From positions 1 to 8,413 of the forward strand of contig NW_021828444.1 in NCBI RefSeq assembly GCF_006345805.1: a DNA stretch of 8,413 bases, read 5' to 3'. This DNA comes from Octopus sinensis (taxonomy: Eukaryota). Below the pieces are notes generated by a model. It was not told where the DNA came from and did not search any database. It worked only from the letters and a program-made list of their open reading frames with translations. Shown in pieces: positions 6,137 to 8,413 of the stretch. Numbering within the stretch: the stretch's first letter is position 1; each line of letters begins with the position of its first letter. The position numbers were made by a program, and so were the translations under genes.

Positions 6137-6711
6137 TTGGGTTGTCCGGAAAGTTCGTGCCGATTTTTTAAAGGAAAGAAAACGGTCAATAAATACTTGC
6201 CATTACCCAAGCTTTACCAGGTGCTCATGAACGACGGATTTTGATAGGTTGAGGCTTTCTGCCAGTTCTCGGGTTGTGCAATGTGGGTTATTCTCAATTA
6301 ATGACTTGATTTGGTCATCATCTGTAGTTGATGATCTGCTTGATTGATCTTTATCAATAAGGCTACAATCTCCAGTTCGGAACCTTGCGAACCACTTCCG
6401 TACAGTTCTTTCGGATAAAGAAACATCATTGTAAACTGCGCATATTTCTTTGATTGCTTGTGAAGCATTTTTTCCTTTACGGAAAAAGAAAAGCATCAAG
6501 TGCCGAAAATGAACTTTCTTATCTTCCATTTTAAAGGGTTACAGAATTAACACAGGTTATAGGAACATAAACCTTCTTCCACGAAAAGATAGCTTAAACT
6601 GTGCTCTAAATGGAGGTGTAGTCAAATCCTGTTTTATGGACTCAACGATGTTTTAAAATAAGTCGAAAGGAAAGCTACTATAAATCGGCACGAACTTTCC
6701 GTACAACCCAA
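6137..6711 (-). mobile_element. Internally deleted mariner transposon (mellifera-subfamily-like), 575 bp, non-autonomous
   Basis: 30-bp TIRs TTGGGTTGTCCGGAAAGTTCGTGCCGATTT (6137-6166) and its reverse complement (6682-6711), 29/30 match. TA target-site duplication at 6135-6136 and 6712-6713. Confidence 0.95.
6203..6529 (-). CDS. Truncated mariner transposase (N-terminal double-HTH DNA-binding region only, 108 aa)
   Basis: HFRHLMLFFFRKGKNASQA..EICAVY..RTVRKWFARFRTGD..TTRELAESL..HLVKLG* is the typical mariner N-terminus. The WVPHEL linker and DD34D catalytic domain are missing. Confidence 0.85.
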   Translation of the reverse strand: MEDKKVHFRHLMLFFFRKGKNASQAIKEICAVYNDVSLSERTVRKWFARFRTGDCSLIDKDQSSRSSTTDDDQIKSLIENNPHCTTRELAESLNLSKSVVHEHLVKLG

Positions 6712-7182
6712 TATTATTTTCTTCCTTTTATAGTTTCACTTATTTTATAAGGTATTTTGTTCTGTATATTTTTCCAAAGCAAATAAGCGATGCTTTAGTT
6801 ATTCCTGCTAAATTCCATGTATGTTACATTCGGCCAAACAGCTACAACGATTGTTGGATATTAAAAATAGCGGTTTTAGCGAGGACTAATTCGACGCAGT
6901 CATTGGTCTCTCCACATGGACGTTAGCAAGCAAATCAATGTTGACAACAAAGAGATATGAAGTGTAATTAAACTTTCCATTGGGTTGAAATGCAATCGCA
7001 GATCAAGTCATAATCTTCATTGGTAATTACACGAACGATGCAAGAACGATATGAAGAAAATGAACTTTGGAACTAATCTCCGATAATTAACAGGATAACC
7101 AGGTTGTGATGAAACGAGATTTCAAACACTCGTTATCTGATATTATAATCTTGAAATGTAATTAAATTATCTTACCACTCAC

Positions 7183-7188
7183 CTTTCT
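7183..7188 (-). other. Candidate 6-nt microexon AGAAAG
   Basis: Minus strand: long polypyrimidine tract, branch-like CTTAC (A at -19), TTCGCAG|AGAAAG|GTGAGT. Confidence 0.4.
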
Positions 7189-7261
7189 CTGCGAAGAGAG
7201 AACGAGTAAGAAGGAAATAGAATGAGGTAGAGACATGGAGGAACAGAAAGACAAAGACTTA

Positions 7262-7263
7262 AT

Positions 7264-7295
<32 letters not shown>

Positions 7296-7435
7296 GGAGA
7301 GAGAGAGAGGAGAGAGTGGAAAAAAGAAACCTGTTAGAAATATATATAGATTACTTCAAGGAAAGTGGGAGAGACAGAGAGAGATTGGAAGAGAGAAAAT
7401 AAGAGATGAGCGGAGAGAAAGATACAGGAGGAAGA
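7262..7435. repeat. (GA)n-rich polypurine tract
   Basis: Directly visible. Confidence 0.9.
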
Positions 7436-7745
7436 AGATAGCAGTCTGATGGAAGGATGGTGGTGGTGGTGGGGGGGTCTAGGGGTTGAAGACGGGGAAG
7501 GGCTGTGTCGGTTTCTTTCAATGATATTAGAATGACTAAATTAGGAACGTGTAATAGACAAAGAGATGCAATGAATGTCTCACCTCAATTTGCTGCTGGA
7601 ATTGAACAGAATTGAACAGGATTGGTGATAGGGGCGTCTAATAGTTTGTGATATTCATTTCAACAATCAACTCTGCTAACACTATCCTGCACACGGAGTG
7701 GCACGTAGACACAGGGACACATATGCAGAAGAAAATACAAAACAT

Positions 7746-8086
7746 TTACATACACACACTTATACATACATACATATACATGTCCCATTTTATATGTATA
7801 TATGTATGTATAGATATACATACTTATATATTGTCCCATTTTGTATTTATATATATATATATATATATAATATATATATATATATATAGCGGCGTACATA
7901 CACTTTGTTCTCTTATATGTAAGTATGTATACATATATACATACATATGTACATACATACGAACATACATGCATACAAACAAACATACATACTTACATAT
8001 ATATATACGTATATGCATACGTACATACGTACACACATGCATACGCACATACATATATTCATACATACATATGCATACACACACGC
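7746..8086. repeat. (TA)n/(TACA)n compound microsatellite
   Basis: Directly visible; source of five spurious ORFs. Confidence 0.95.
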
Positions 8087-8353
8087 GTAGTCCTGTGTAT
8101 TAATTAATTCGTGTGATGGCGTATTTGCAGATAAGTTGTAAATAAAGTTATGTTTATTTACTAAAAATGGATTCAGACTCGTTGTACCGCAACCTCTCTC
8201 TGCAGAACAACTGATCAAATTTTCCCGTTTTACAACCTCGTCATGAGGGTTTGTGCAATCAAAACAGTAAGAAGAGAGTTGGAAGACAGAAGGAGACAGA
8301 GAGAAATAGAGAAGCCGAGAGAGAATGTGTGTTTATGTGCGCGCATAGCTTAC

Positions 8354-8413
8354 CTTTGAAAGAAAAATATGATGAACAACAGAAACTGCTTTTGTTTCTT
8401 TGCATAATCATTC
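8354..8413 (-). CDS. Candidate 3' end of an upstream coding exon (continues beyond the right edge)
   Basis: Donor AAG|GTAAGC at 8353. The phase-2 frame is open to the window edge: NDYAKKQKQFLLFIIFFFQ, basic then hydrophobic like a signal peptide n/h region. Confidence 0.4.

Noticed and set aside
7648-8218. Six ORFs over the TA/TACA tract
   Set aside because: Low-complexity repeat translations.
8167-8266. Plus-strand exon-like 8206-8266 (CTCTCTGCAG|...ACA|GTAAGA) and short ORF MDSDSLYRNLSLQNN
   Set aside because: 61 nt, no recognisable peptide, no partner exon, and opposite to the better-supported minus-strand set.
8348-8375. Recursive splice site (AG|GT) reading of TTTTTCTTTCAAAG|GTAAGC
   Set aside because: AAG is a weak acceptor, and the pyrimidine run is explained as well by Phe/Ile codons of an exon. 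Not excluded, but less parsimonious.

Overview
Eukaryotic, largely non-coding and repeat-rich DNA. The SINE families and the microsatellite style match what I recall of octopus (coleoid cephalopod) genomes; this is recognition from memory, not a database result. Roughly a third of the window is simple sequence (TA, CA/TG, GA, GAT/GAA, AAT), and this produces almost every ORF in the supplied track. Mobile-element content: (1) a decayed Penelope-like (PLE) GIY-YIG endonuclease fragment at the left edge; (2) five copies or fragments of three tRNA-derived SINE families; (3) a PLE-type terminal remnant carrying a degenerate minimal hammerhead ribozyme; (4) a 575-bp internally deleted mariner with near-perfect TIRs, encoding only the DNA-binding domain. 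A near-identical 183/185-bp direct repeat that folds into several stems flanks a 451-bp spacer. Splice signals on the minus strand suggest the window is mostly intron of a host gene: exon end 8413-8354, a possible 6-nt microexon 7188-7183 and a 111-nt exon 2580-2470. Joined, the two larger exons read as a signal-peptide-like sequence. A GC-rich, strongly self-complementary island lies at 2941-3116. No rRNA, true tRNA or CRISPR array was found.
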